From contig CM102290.1 of the NCBI GenBank assembly GCA_046563655.1, positions 7,502,001-7,566,000 of the forward strand: 64,000 bases of DNA, given 5' to 3'. How positions within the stretch are numbered: position 1 is the stretch's first letter; the number at the start of each line of letters is the position of its first letter. The translations under genes were made by a program, and so were the position numbers. Below the pieces are notes generated by a model. The model had not been told where the DNA came from. It ran no database searches and saw nothing but the letters and a program-made list of their open reading frames with translations. The stretch is from Yuukianura sp. NJ FZ-2021. Its lineage: Eukaryota. Below are positions 1-39,100 of this stretch, piece by piece.

Positions 1-2333
1 GGAATTGACCACTTTTTACTTCAAAATATTATAAATTACAAGTAAGAACTTTATAATTAAAAGCAAAAAAAAAGATGCCGTTACTTTTTGCAAATAATCA
101 CAAAAATACCACTTTCATCAGTCTAATTTCCAAAACATAGGCTACAACAATTTACGAGAGTAATGGTTAGGAACAATGTGCATCTCTTTTGAGTACAAAT
201 TGGAAGAAAAATTTAAATTCGCAAATTTTCATCTTTTGTCATTTTGTCTTCTTCTTTTACGCAAAAAAGCTTGGAATCTTTCTTTGGTCATGCATTTCTA
301 AAGAATTCAGATGAGAATTTATTAAATTTTTTTTTGAAAATCATAAAGAGTTGAGGTACTATAGTATAAGGCGGGATCTGTTGAAGTTGCAAATTCGCAA
401 ATTCTGAGCACACCTATGCATTGAAAATTGCTTAGGAAGGAAAAGTGTTGTGAGTTCAATGGAAGAGTAATGGGCCTACTTGATATGCACTCCCTGTATT
501 CTTCCCAGGAGATAACTTCAAGTTTTCCCAAATTAATTTCCTTGTTTTTTTTTTCTTGTGATGGAATCACATTTTGGCAAAGTGAAAGTCACAATTAGCT
601 TCTCCCTGGTCTCGGTTGCAGTGTTCCGTAATTTTTGTGTTTAATACCGGTTTGCCTTTTCAAATTTGTGCAAATTAACAACGGTTTCACGTGCATTAAA
701 CTTATTCAACATTCAAAACATTTTTATGGGCTCGTTCGTTGTACCTTGTGCACATTTTGGAGTTATTGCTTCCTTGTTACATGTGCTTCTGCACAACAAC
801 TTCAGTGTGGATATCCCGCCATCTACTTACGACGCTTTGAAATTACTTTCACTAACACCAAAATGCAGTTCTACATCAAGATAGAGGAAGCTGTAAACCC
901 GCGAAGAAAGTTTGAGATTTTTTTTTCTCAAAGCAGGCTTCATGCAATTTTGAATCCAAAACAATTTTAAACTAAAACCGACCACATTTTTTTCAGAAAT
1001 TGAGTTTTAAAGGCAGTCACTTTCATAGTGCTTACGACGTTTCTGTGTTTGGATTTTCTAGTCCGCTTTCTTTGGGTTTAGCAACTACATTACTCAAAAA
1101 TTTACGAAGTTTTGAAACGTATTTTTTGAGAATGGTGTTAGAGGAGCTCAACTGTCGCAGTATGTTTGTCGCTTCTGATGTGTACTTAAAAGTTGAATGT
1201 TGCATGAAAAGATGGTGATATGGCAAAGAAAGTCGATCTCCTTAGATTCCATTGTTTCCTTTGTTGATGCACTTTCTTCATGGATCCTATGTGGTGGCTA
1301 TTGGTCCTCTGAGCCTCTTTTTAAAGGTTTTTTTTTGTCTAAAAAGTGAAAGTCCTACAGAGGGAAAGAAAGTGATCTCAGTCACTACTTTCTTCAAACC
1401 TAAATGTGAAATGTGAATGTAAAGTGCACATTGCTCACATAGCGTCCAATCATTAGCCAAAATGGAAAACCTTACTGTAAGAAGATGTTGTTAATGTTTT
1501 CTTAATTCCTGGAAATACAACGTTTGAACTGCATTGTAAAATAAAGTTAACGTTAAGTTAGTCTAGGAGAGTACTGAAAATTGTGGTTAACTTGAAATGA
1601 AAATACTATTTTGAAATTCTGTAAATTGCTTAACTTTTTTTCTTTTTGTGCTGGGATTCGGTGTTTTGGATCGGAGTGCATCGTAGTGACGCAAATGCGC
1701 AGTTGGTTTGGAAAAGTTTTACTTTCACTGTTGTTCCTGGACTGCTGGATGGATTCGGGTGTGGAGAGCAGGGGAACGAAGGCTGTTTTCCAGTGTAGAA
1801 ATCTGAGCAATGCAGTTGAAAGCGTGCTAAGCGTAACTTGGACTTTTACCTGCTCCAGTCCTGTCTCTTCGCTGATTCTGGACGGCTGGAACTTTAGCGA
1901 TTCCTCTGCTCTGTCTTGTCTCTCGTGTGCTTTTTTCCCTCGGTGTCCCGCTCCAGACAAGTGAGACTGGAATGCTCATGTTTTGTGTGAAAAGAACAAA
2001 ATTCTGGGCTCATCAACACCTTAAGCACAAATCAGAAGCAGTTTAAACCCTTGGCCAGTTTCGGACAACGGAGCTGAGCTTTGTCCAAACACCTTTACAA
2101 AACAAAGGACTTTGGGACACTACATGGTAAGCAATGGAGGAGGAACGGAAAAGTGCGGGAACTTTGGCAGTTGGGAAGATTCAAATGTCCCAGAGTCCAT
2201 CGTCCATGGGTATCCTGACCTCATGAAAGTCCGTTGACCGTACCTAACCTTCTTCTTCCTCCTTTGTTCTGCTAACTGAAGTCCTACGCACGCAGAACCT
2301 TGAAATTCTTCAAACTGAAAATACTCGTCGCAA

Positions 2334-27104
<24,771 letters not shown>

Positions 27105-30100
27105 TAGTGACGATAACAAATAAGTGGGCAGTGGATTGGAGTCAGCGGGAGTTTTTGAAAACCAAAACACCGAAAAGTTGTTCCCCGCCCGTCCCCCTCC
27201 ACCTCCGCCCCCTACTTTCCCCAGCCACTTTTGCCAGGAGAGAGACAAGAGAAAGAAGCCACCCAGCGAAACGAAAAGCTCCAACTTTTGAACTTGGGCC
27301 AAAAGAGAGAGGAAGAACAAGGGAAAGGATTATTATTACCATCTCTCCGCCTTCTCGTCGTCCACTTTCTCCTGACTACACTCAACTCAAAGGAACCCAG
27401 TCAAAGTTAAGCCAAAGTTAGACTAACCTAACTGTCGGCTCACCTCCAAACGACGTCCACTGAAAACATGGAGACGACAAACAACGCTCTCGGTTTGCCC
27501 TAAACCAATTGCCTCCCTTGAAGTCAACTAACATAACCTAATGTAACTATGGTTCCCTTCCATGTTTCTGTACATATTGAAACATAGAGTGAACAATGTT
27601 TGGATAGAAATGATGAAAATCAATGGAGTCCATCCTAACCTGAACCTCTTCTGTGTTCTACAGTAAGTCTCAAGAGAGAAAGGAGGTTAGAAGAGAGGTA
27701 ATCAATGGCTCAAGTCGGTGACAGAATGACTGATGGTGGTAAAAGCTTCACTTTTCCTTGGAAGATCAAATCTAAATTTGAGCCCTTTACAACCAACTAC
27801 CATAGGCACAGAATCATCTCAAACAATACTTCCACCTTCAAACTCTACACCATGGAAACAGCTCAAGTCGTGACCTTTGAACCTAAGCTAGCTCTCCGGT
27901 CATAGGTCAACGTCAGTTTGCAAGTTTTTGATGTCACCCGAACCCCGCCCGAAAGCCCTTGTTCTTTCTCTTCCAAAATCCAAAAAAGTGTGAGTGATCT
28001 TGTCTCTTCTGAAAAAAAAAATGGTCAAAGTGAAAGTGAGCTGAAAAGAAGAATGCTTCCAAATTTACACCATTCTTCCAAGTCAAACATTACTTCACAC
28101 CTAACAACACCGTTCGCAAGTTCACGCTGATCTTTGTCAAAAAAATCTCTGCCTTCAATAAGACCGTGCAAGTCCCTCAAAACTGTTTTTCAGAAAAATT
28201 AAATTGAACCACCAATTGACATAAGTAAATGAAAACTTGTTAGAAAAAAGGAACAATTTGCTCACTTTTAAACAAAAGTATTTCATATTCCTACAACTTT
28301 AAAAAATCCGCATCAACTCTAATCAAAAAAACGTCTTGGGAGTTGTATAGGCTAGAACCCTTCAGCACCAATTTTCATCAGTCACCAATCACCAGCTACA
28401 GTAAGTAATGTCAAAGCAAGCCTTGATTTCAACTATTCCAAAAATGAGTTAGGTTGTAAAACTAGCCTAACGATAAATTTTGTCCAAAAAAATAGGAAGA
28501 GTTAGTAGGCACTAGAAAACGGAAACTAAACAAATTGTACTTATAGAAAAAGAAATGAAAATTTTTAGAAAAGTTGCAAGCACTTTGATGGAACAATATT
28601 TTTCCAATTACTAATGTGAAGCCTCATGTTAAAAAAATGAAATAACTCAAGGGTAATCAAGAAAAGCTGTGACGAAAACTTAAAACAGAAAATACTCCGA
28701 AAAAAATTTTTTTTTTGTTTCAAAATTTTGTTGTGGATGCTAATCAATATGACAATCAAAATCTACCTTTTCTGCACCGTTTACCTTCTTAGATTTTTAA
28801 AATGTTTAAGTTATCTAGTTAGTATTTGAAAGAAAGTTTTTTAATTTTGAAGAAATCCAAAATTCTTCCAAATTGTCTAAGGCCTACATCACATAAAGTA
28901 ATTAGTAAAGTAAAATATGGCTACACAAGTCATCTTTAGCAGCAAGCAAAACAAAATGCTCGGTTCCCGAACTCATGCAATGTTTATAATATCGTAAATT
29001 CGGTTTTTCTTTAACACCAAACAAGAAATAGCATTTGGCGTCGTGCACTTTCTTCACCCTCCGTGACAGGAAATTTGAAATATTCAAATCAGTCAAAAAA
29101 AGAAAGCGTTTCCCCGGGTTCTCACAACGTCAAACTTATGCAGTGACAAGGTCAGCGTCAATGTTATGAACAAGACGAAAAACGTCAAGGTCAACGCGAC
29201 AACGTTGGCAACGTCAAAAACGTCAACCCCTCTACTCAAAAACTTTAGGCTTTATGAGCCATGTCGGACTTCCTTAGAAAACTGTGTGTGCGTGCGTCGA
29301 AAAAAAAATGAATTTTTGAAAAAAAAACGGAACTTTACACGATTTAGGTAAACTGTGAAAAAATGGTTTGATATTGCGGAGTGGTGAATGACATTTTAGG
29401 TAAAAGTCGTGAACTTTAAATGTTTTAAGTGAAATTACAAAAAACAATGCAGCGTGTGAGTCTAGTACTTTTGTATTTAAATAACATTAACTTAGTAATT
29501 AATTAAGCAAATTTAAGTTGTTAGGAAAGGAGTCTGTGCTATTGAAGACGAAATTATTAAATGTAAGTTGGGGGTGGAGAAAATACTTTCTCCTTGTTTA
29601 ACCTTATTAGCGGTCAACATTAGGTTATCGGGTTAAGTCTTTGTTAAGTTAAAGTTATGAACTACTTACAGAGTATGTGGGCCTCCCCTTGTGCGCATGT
29701 TACTGAATGTAAAACTCAAAATTTTAAGTTAGGATTTATTACACGAAGCAAGGGTCACTTAAAGCCGTTTAAGAGCCAGACGCTAAACAGGTTATAATCT
29801 CAATTCCACTTTAGTGTAATAATTAACTAAAGTTGAAGTTAAAAAGTTAACGAAAATCCAATGAGAAGCGTAAAATTGTCTAAACATGCAGGCAAGACTG
29901 AGTCTGAATAAAATTACAAGAAACAAAGTAAAAAAAAAAGAACTTTATATAAAAATACACGAAACGTTGTTTTTTTTTTGCAATTTATTTCAAAAGGTCG
30001 CGTCCATTTTTGGTCAAAATTTCAAAAAAAAAAATTTGAACGTCACAGATTCTACCCTTTATTTCAAATGTCTTCTCTTTTTGTAAAGTAAAAGTGTACA

Positions 30101-31713
30101 ACACGGATAAATCCTGCTGGAAAATGTGTCAAATGAACAGTTTTAGGTTAGTAGTAGTTGTGTAGAAAGTTGTTTGACTTTCTACTGTCGTTTTTCCCCA
30201 GTGTCTGTGTGGTTAGGTGGTTGCTAGAGGATGAATCGTTGCGCCGGGTGAAGGATTTGCGGCTTTGGCGTTCAATTCTAAGATAAAAGTTGATTTAGAA
30301 CCTAATCACGCTTCAGCGACTTATTTTGATTCGCTCGAAGTTTCCGCCGCTCCTTTTTTTCTTCTACGACAATAAAAGTTGTCTCTACGGAGTTGTTTCG
30401 GCAGTAGTTGAAGTGGCTTCCTCCACTCGTGAAAAAAAAAGAGTATGACAACCTAACGTTGTGTCCATGGGAGGCCATGACACTACTACAGTCGAATTAC
30501 AACCATTTCTACTTTGGTGCTAAATACAGATGAAGTCCAACAACCTTCGGCCTGAAAAGCAAAAGTTGAAAAACATTTTGTATATCTTCATTTCAAGGCT
30601 ACTGGACTTGCATACGGAGATAGAACTCTTGTTGTCGTTACGGTTTACTTTTCTTAATTATATAAATTTACAATTTGGGAAGGAATATGACACTTCTAGT
30701 GTCGTCCATTTATTATTATTCCACTCCGGAGATTGTGATCTTCTTCTGTCAAGGGAGACTTGCATCTTGTGGAAGTAGAGCACGGCGTTACGCCCAACAC
30801 TCCTCAAAGTTTTTATGACACCAGTGTCCACTTTGACTTCAGAAGGTTTTCCAAGGATCTTGTGCGCACAGTCTGTTTAGCCAACTCACTTTCTTTCTAA
30901 AAAATGTGTTTGTTCTGGAACACATCAGTTTCGGCATTTCTTCAATTTCTTATACTCATATCAATTTTGAGCCTTTGGACAACGCCAGGGACGCATTCCA
31001 CGGTAAAATTTGAACAGTTTTAGTTTTACATCAAGTTTGAGTTTTCAATGAACAATTTTGAAAATAAAAATAGTTGCTAACCTTGTTCATGAAAAAGTGC
31101 TGTTTTGTGCAATTTTACAATTTTGTCTACTCTCTTTTCGTTCCAAGCGAAAACTTAAAAATTTTCATGCAAGGAAAACTAATGGAGAAAGAATAGATTC
31201 ACAATCACATTATAAATGTAGAGGCAAAACATATTTTTTCCCTGGTAGTAATTACTATATTGAACAATTTTTCACAGATTCGAAAGTGTTTTTGCTCAAA
31301 AAATTTGTTCAAAGTGAAACATAATAGAAATTTAACACTCTCTCGCCGTTGACTCCAAATGTAAGCAATAAGAAACAAAGTAAAGATAAAGACTGATTGG
31401 ACAGTTGTTTTTGATCTGTTAAAATGTTGAAACTGTTGAAACTGAAAATGAAGTGGAAGTCCCATTTAGATTTTACAAAAGATGCTTTTCCTACGGTAAC
31501 TCAAATTGAGACAAAGAAAGATGGAAGATGGTAGAAAGAGATTAGTGAAAGTAGGAACGCTATAAATTTTAACTTTATTAGAACACGCGAACGCATGCGC
31601 ATCAACGCATTACAGTAGAAATAATACTTGAATGCTTAATTTTCATAATACGATTTCTGCTAATAACTGATTATGGCTTATGATTAACCAATTTATTGGA
31701 CATCCCTATCCTA

Positions 31714-31914
31714 GAAGGAACATCATATCGGGTGGAATCGCTGGAGAAATGCTATGAACAGCTGGAAAGAAAGCAAAGAAGGCTGGGATTCGCCGCCTCC
31801 GCGGCATGTCATGTCTTCGGACGATTTCCATCCTCGGCACTACTCACGATCAAGAAAAACTAAGGAACCGAGTGATATTGATCTAAATGATTGGAGACGC
31901 TTTGATTTTATTAG
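31714..31914 (+). CDS. Probable upstream exon of the Pro-rich protein gene
   Basis: Open frame KEHHIGWNRWRNAMNSW...DWRRFDFIR ends at AG|GTGATT in phase 2, compatible with the acceptor at 32153. Start codon and any further upstream exons not resolved. Confidence 0.45.
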
Positions 31915-32152
31915 GTGATTGAAATTCTTTTTATTATATTTTAATATTTCAAAGGTGGTGGCAGTACGTTAAGTTAATATAATAGTAAAAGCATTACAGG
32001 AAAGTCAACCCCAAACATTATTAGGTAAATTATGCATCATCAAAGACTTTTGCTTTGGAATTGAAACAAAATTGCTAATTTTAGAATGAGGATAAGTTTT
32101 TACCCAATTCGGTTTGAGGTCAAGTTTGAGACAATTTATTTGGTGGATTTAG

Positions 32153-34442
32153 AAACGGATTGAATCGGTTGAGAAAGTACCCCAGGAGACCCCCAAGGCC
32201 AAGGCCACAAAAGGGGCGTGGCCACGGGTTTGGTGGCGGAGACTTTCACTATTGGTCCACACCTCCAATTGAGAGCGTACGAGACAGTGGTAGTTCCTAC
32301 GAAATTTATCCAGGGGCTCATGTCCTCGACCACGGAGACATTGGAGACACGATTGAGGAGTACTATCACAATTTGGCCAATCTCCCGGGGTTTATCCAGG
32401 ATTATCAAAGTTCATATCTCCAACCGCCACTTTCTCCGGATCAATCCTTCAAACAGACTCCAATCCCAAATGACAACTCAGAGGATCATTTTCAAAACTA
32501 CTTCCAAATTCAGCCACAAACATACACCGCTGATCATAAGGATCAAGACGACCACAACCAACACTTCTACGACTCACCGCAACCTGCCCCAGAAACATAC
32601 GGAAATCAGGAACTCCCAAAACCTGAGCCTCCTACGCAGCCCAAACCTAATCAACGACGTCCACAACTCCCTACGCATCTGAACCAAGAATCTCTTTCAT
32701 TTCGCCACTTTCCGCAACAGGATGACAATTATGAGGCAGAATCGCCTCCGCAGGATCAGTTTCCAGACAATCCGACGTATCACCAATCTGTAGAACAGTA
32801 TGAACCACCCACGCAGGATCTTGATGAAGGACCCCCTTCACATACGTATCGTCAATCTCCAAATTTGAAACAGTTTGAAAATCCAAAGCATAAATACGCT
32901 GGGCAAGGTCAACGACCCCAATCGCCCCCTATTGAACTTCGCCCTAACACAGCGCACGACAAGCATCCCGATCATCAGCATGACGAACGTCCGGAAGTGT
33001 ACAAAACTTATGAGCGTCCAGAACCTAATGCGCATGACCGACGTCCAAATCGTCCTGCGCATGATGAGCGCCCCGGAGAACATGAAAATCATCAGCGTCC
33101 AGATACTCCTACGCATGAACAACGTCCAGATCCTCCAGATGATGATCAGCACCCAGGTCTATATTCAAATGATAGACGTCCTAAACTTCCTATACAAAAC
33201 CAACGCCCGAAACTTTTAAATTCAAATCCCAATCACCCGGACACTCCCTGGTCAAAAGATCGTCCAGGTTCAAATGAAAATGATCCACCTCTGCCTCCTC
33301 CTAAATCTTTTCTCCGTCCAGAAATATTTGCCCATGGTCAACGTACTTCACCTCTTCAGCGCCCTGACCCTAATGATCACTATCCTCCAGGGCACATGCT
33401 CAAAATGCAACTGAATTATTTATCACAAGCCCATGTAGAGACGCCAGACCCTCAACAAGGTCAAGGTCATCAAGTACCCCCACAGTATTCGCAAGAACCG
33501 CCAGCAGAACAACTTATACATGAGCATCCAGACCCACCCGAGATTAAAGATAATGGCCCAGAACACTGCAATCTTGTTAATGGAAGAATCAAATCCTCCG
33601 GATGCAAAAATGAAATTGGATCGCTTCCTACTTTAGACAAAACACGAGAACTACCACAACTAGTACTGAACCTGTTAGCTCCACTACGCCCCAAACCTAC
33701 TTCTCCGCCGCTTTATCCCGTTAACGTGAATCTTCCTTTCTTTCCCAAAGTCCAGATTGAGCCAATTGAAAACCTTTCGTTGACATTCTCTAATGTTTCA
33801 TCATCCGGAATGTTTCTTCCATCAGACGCTGATTCCTTCGAGAAGAAGTTTCCTCATATTTTCGGGGAATTCAATCCGTTCCCAGCAGTCCACCAAATGT
33901 CAACTCCTAAGCCACGACCAGTTTCCACTTCATCCCCCAAACCGATCTCAACGTCACAGATCCCCACGTTACAATCTCTAACGGAAGCTGTAATGGAGAT
34001 GAATTCCAGTCCTGCACCTAACCTAAACGCAACTTCTACTTCTACTACTACAACAACGACAACTGAAACACCATTGCCAGAGTCAACAACGACCGTTCCT
34101 CCCTCAACGGAAGATCCAGGAAATAAAACTGTGGACACGGACTTAACTGAAGCCGTCATTCCGTCATCTCTGGACATGTCTGCGTCAATATCCACTGAGG
34201 TTCATCTTGACGGTAACCAAAAGGAAAATTTCAAAAGGGCTTTGCTCGATGAGCTAATCGTAAGACTCAGAGCGATGGAGACTCCGCTGCAGGCACGCTC
34301 TGCTTCTGCATTGGGAATGCCACTGGTGAGACGACATGGAAAAACACTGGATTCCGTACATTCTAAATATCCAATGGAAAAGCTGAGAAGAAAGCCAACC
34401 AATATACTAAAATCTGGAATTCGGAAACTTTTTACAGCATAA
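32153..34442 (+). CDS. Large terminal exon of a Pro/Gln/His/Asp-rich low-complexity protein with 9-aa repeats and a Thr-rich mucin-like tract (possibly extracellular/cuticular)
   Basis: 760-codon open frame in AT-rich DNA; AG acceptor at 32151-32152; ~10 imperfect 9-aa units ending (E/Q/R)(R/H)P; TSTSTTTTTTTET tract. No domain recognised. Confidence 0.85.
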
Positions 34443-34865
34443 AAGTTTTTGTTCTCATTAGTTAAATCTACTGCTACAGTTAAGTTGTAAAGTACTTGTA
34501 ATAAATTCCAATCCGGTTGCAACTTCGGCGCATACGCATGTGTAGAAAAAAATCACGGGTTGAGGTCAATCACCTTAGCTTTTTTTTCTGTAATTTGAAT
34601 TTTTCATTCTGCATTTGTTTTTAAGAAATTCAAAATCGCCTTGGCAACCAGTTGTAGGGAAATGTTTACTGTTAAAATTTGTCGTTCATTTTGTTTATAA
34701 ATTCGCCTTTGACCTCCGCGACGACCTCTTCACAAAATCTTTCATTCTTCGTTTGACCTTCGACCGAGCAACATCTCTTGTGCTGTCTTCCGTGAATTTG
34801 GAGTTCATTGACCTTTTGAAACAAACTCTTCGGTTTCTGACTTTCTTTGGTCTCCTCGAAGCAAA

Positions 34866-36124
34866 ATGTCGCGGGAAGACAAACTAGAACGTGATCTCCG
34901 ACAACGACTCAAGGACCAATCTCTTATGAATGTTTCTATCGGCCAAACAGGTAAAGAAGGACTCGTTTATGTCGACCGGACAACACTGGCCACTGCGCCG
35001 GTTCCGGACTACTACCGCCTCTACGTCACTGATAAGAATGTAAGTCACTTTCTGTACAACTGATCCAACCTTATCCAAAAAGTGTGTCCAGCATTTCATA
35101 TTTCATTTTGTTGCGCAGGTTCGACTCATGCGGTGGCCAATGCGAGTAGGTCCAATACCTCCACTTCAAGATCTGAACGAGAAGAAAGTGGAACTGAAGG
35201 AGTTCAAGGATCATACTCGGTTTGCATCTGCTATTGCAAGAATCTTCGGAGACTCCGTTGTCGCATACCTGAATGGCCTTAGCAATGGACACTACGATGC
35301 CATCGTTCGTCTTCCAGACAAGCCACTGGCCAAGATCATGGAATATGTCGGGATTGAGTCTCTTGACAAGTTGGCTCCAGTCTGCAAGCGTTTCCATGAG
35401 GTTTGCTTTTAGAAACTATTTTTTAAAACTAGTCATCTGACGGAATTTCAAAGGTTTTTGTATTATAGGTGGCTACAGGAAATACTCTGTGGGAGTCGCT
35501 CTGCGCTTCGTTTTCTCCAAGTGCTCCAGGGTATGACATTCCTTTTGCCGAAAAGCATTGCAAAATCTTCGGCTGGAGAGCAGTATTTTTGGCCTTTCAT
35601 CTTCAGGACAAGGTGAGATTGTTGACTTGGTCTTAAATTGATCATTGCCAATGTTCCCAAGTTAACTTTTTGTGTTTTGTCAGATCTTTCCTGAGAAGAA
35701 GATGCGACTTGGCTCTGTCAACGCCAAAAGGACTCCTGTTATGGTGAAAGCGGTTGATGCTGCTGGAGAAGGTGTTGTTCCTTACTTTGTCTCTCAACTG
35801 CCTCCAGCGCCTACGGAGCAAGTTAACACATATCAAGCGATGATGTTCAAGAACCCATCGCCCGTCAACCAATCACTGAGAGACTTAATCCATCACAACA
35901 ACATGGCGGACATGGCAATGATGTACGGCCGACGACCTCCACCTTCAACTGTCAAAGATGCCGAACCTACTACTTCGTACGCAAGCGTTGTCAAGGACTC
36001 CGAGCGTCTGTCACTTCGTCCGATTCTGGGCCCTCAAGCGACTCGTTCAAAGCAATCGCGTAGTTTGCAAGACGTTCCTGGAAGCTCCAATGGTACAGAC
36101 AAGACGGGTCGCCAGAACAACTAA
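34866..36124 (+). CDS. F-box protein, FBXO36-like, ~346 aa, 4 exons
   Basis: Exons 34866-35039, 35119-35400, 35469-35612, 35684-36124, all phase 0. F-box IVRLPDKPLAKIMEYVGIESLDKLAPVCKRFHE..LWE. Flanking DYYRLYVT, IFGDSVVAY and GWRAVF resemble recalled FBXO36 motifs (DYYQLLVT, IFGARILDY, GWRQLF). Confidence 0.8.
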
Positions 36125-39100
36125 AAATACCATCTCTAGCTCATCACAACAGCAACAAAACCAGCAAATGAAGAATAACTGCGAAATCTGATTTGATACA
36201 AAGTTTGAAAGAGAGCAATACTTTCCAATTTTGAAAGTTGTATTTTCCAAGGGTAAAACTAACGTTTGAATTCTACGCTAAAATTAATGTGAAAAATAGT
36301 TGTGGAAACTGCTGCTCAAAAATTGAAAAAATGTAGTTTTAAATGTTGTAAAAAACTTAAAAAAATATAACTTTGTAAAAAAAACTTAAAAAAAAATAAA
36401 ATAAAAAATCTAAAAAACTAAAAATAATTTAATAAGATAATCTTTACACACTTTCTTCATCATCTAAAATTATCCTGACCCATTCTAATTATAATTGAGA
36501 GCAAAAAAAATTGTAATCACTAATGAACTTTTGGTGGTCAGGAGTCAAATACAAATCAAGAAATTAGTTGTGTGGAGGAGTACTTGGCGGACGCAAAAAA
36601 AAAACAAGGACAAAGCTCAAGTTGTTGACAAGAATTTTAATCTCGACTTTGTCCGTCCGTCTGCCATTCATAGAAAATGAGTGTACCATTTTCTGAAAAA
36701 CAAAAATTTAGCAGAGATCAATGATCTTTGGAAATGAAGACGGGTCATGAGGTGAAATCCTGTTTTAAAAAAAATGCCTACTGTTCCTCAACTGTTGACC
36801 TCCGATGATAAACTGTAGATTTTGACCAACATTTTGGAAATTTTGGATTTTGAGATTAGGTACTTGGTTACTTCTGTTCCTAAAATTAGCTTCGTGGTAC
36901 AAGCAATTATCAATCCGGTTGCGTCTAGCTTTGTATTTTAAGCTTCCTATAATTTCTAATGCCACGTCCTTCACGTCATAGAGAATTTCGAAACTTCCAT
37001 AAAATCCAGCTAAGGTTGACTAAAAACTAGATTTTATTTATTTGCTAGCATAAGAAATTGTGTCACACCTCAGTTCTAAAAAACAAAAAGTTTCCACTAC
37101 TTTTGGTTGACATTTTAATGTTATTTTTTATATTTCGAAAATGTTTCGCCTTGAACTTTTTGTAGAACAGCACCAAAAGCGTTCCTGTTTAGAAATGGAT
37201 GTTCAGAACAAAAAGTCATTTGTTATTCTGCTGGTCCCTTGAGACACAGAACCAAAAAAAAAAAGATTCGCTTGAGCAAGTATCCTTAACCAAGGCAATT
37301 GTCGAACCTTAAATCGGATTTTCCTGCATGTTTTCTCCATGTAAGTTCCTTTGGGAGAAAGTTCAAGCCCCTTGCTTCTAAAGTAGAGTTAGGACTAACC
37401 TAGCTTTCTTCTTTGACTTGGAATGGATTAAAGCCGAAGAAAGTCGTTAGGAAGGCGTGCTCTGAATTTCATTCACCTCCCTTGGTCATCCACGTTTTCT
37501 CATTTTTGTCTCCGCGGGACCTCAAAAAAATTCAAATATAAAATATGGCAGTGTTCGACTAGGATGCTTTGCATTTTTTAACTTCAAGCCCACTGCCCTT
37601 CAAAGTTTTTCAAAAAGAAACAAATTGCGTAATTTCCATTGCATGCCAATTTTTAGTATAGTAGTTGGCAACTTGGCTCAAATTCACGAATGTGGCTTTA
37701 GAACGAGCTTTCGAATGACACTAAAGTTAGCGTTGAGCCTTTTTGCGCTTCAGTTTTTTATCTTGAATGAATATATTTTGAAACGATTTTGGCTACAGTT
37801 TTTGGCTTGGGTTGTGAATCGGCGGAGAAAAAAAAAGTGAAATGTTTGTTGCATTTGTCGTTAGGTTGTTCAAACCGGTTGATGTTAGTCGGACTCTTGC
37901 CAGCCAAAAAGGCAACGTCATTTTAGTCAGGCCGCAGGAAGCTGATCCGTTGATGATAGTTCATGCAATCCAAAACCACTTCAAAAATCCAATAACAACT
38001 TCATATGAAATCCCCTCGTACACTTTACACTAAATGGCTCATCCATCCCAATAGCATAACTAAAGCGTCTGTTGAACTCACATAGCAGAGTGCATGGACT
38101 TCAGACAGTAACTATACAGTCCCCAAAACCCACGAAAGAGGATGAGCTAATGGCGAGGACGCTTCTAGAAGTAGCCCAGATTGACTTCTGTTTAAGTTGA
38201 ATCTCGTTTTGCCCGGTGTTTCACTGAATTACTGATTAACCAAACTAGTAACTTGTAACCCCGCTCCATTTTTTACAACCAAAAGAACAACACAGTTCAG
38301 TTGTCATTTGAGCGTCGACTTACACAGAAGCAAAAAAGTTGAAGAAAAAAACCATTTTCAAAAACGTACTTTCACTCCAAACAGAGAAAAGTTTAACACT
38401 TAAATGATTCAATTTCTACAATTGGGAATCCAGACCATTGCAAATCCAGTATGAAGCTTCACCTTTTCCCGGACAGTTTGTTGATCCTCAACTCTTACGC
38501 AATCACTGGAATCCACATTTTGACTTTTCAGTTGACATTGTTTACCCAGTTTGTGGTTTTATAGCATACGCTATTCACCGGAACTCATCATTTCCGGTAT
38601 CAAATGGTAGTGCTTTGACTTGGAAAAAAAAGTTTCTCCGGGTAAGCGTCGCTTCACTTTTTCTACACTTCAAGGTAAGAAATTTTCCAAATTCTCATTT
38701 TTTGGATTACATGGACAAAGAACAGACGTAGTTTGGACACAACAGAATTTAAGACGACATTTTGGAAAATTTCAACAAGGTTAGAAGGCCAGTGACCACG
38801 GGCAAGGAGCATGTTTTAGCACTGATTCTGAAGTCATTCTGTGGTCGCACCTTGTCAAGTAGTGGTCGTTTTGGTTTAACCAATGTTAAAGTGTACAGGT
38901 TATGGAGTAGTGATTAGCAACTTGAGTGAAAATGTTACGTCAGACACAATTTTGGCTATTGAACTATGGACAGAACCTTACTGCGCCAACGCTTGGTTCC
39001 ATTTCGATTTGATCTTTGACCTTTGCGTTTTTTCGTGTCCAGAGAAAATACAGTTGCAGTTGTACTAGTCAATCGTCCTTGGACGTATGAATTAAGAAAT

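Noticed and set aside
1611..1964. 117-aa ORF ending at a phase-2 GTGAGA donor, as a possible Rdl first exon
   Set aside because: Cys/Ser-rich sequence unlike a Cys-loop N-terminus; 2334-2401 gives a better signal peptide and donor. It may still be 5' UTR.
32000..32024. 25-nt AG/GT-bounded candidate microexon in the Pro-rich gene
   Set aside because: Not a multiple of 3 and gives a stop in the required phase.
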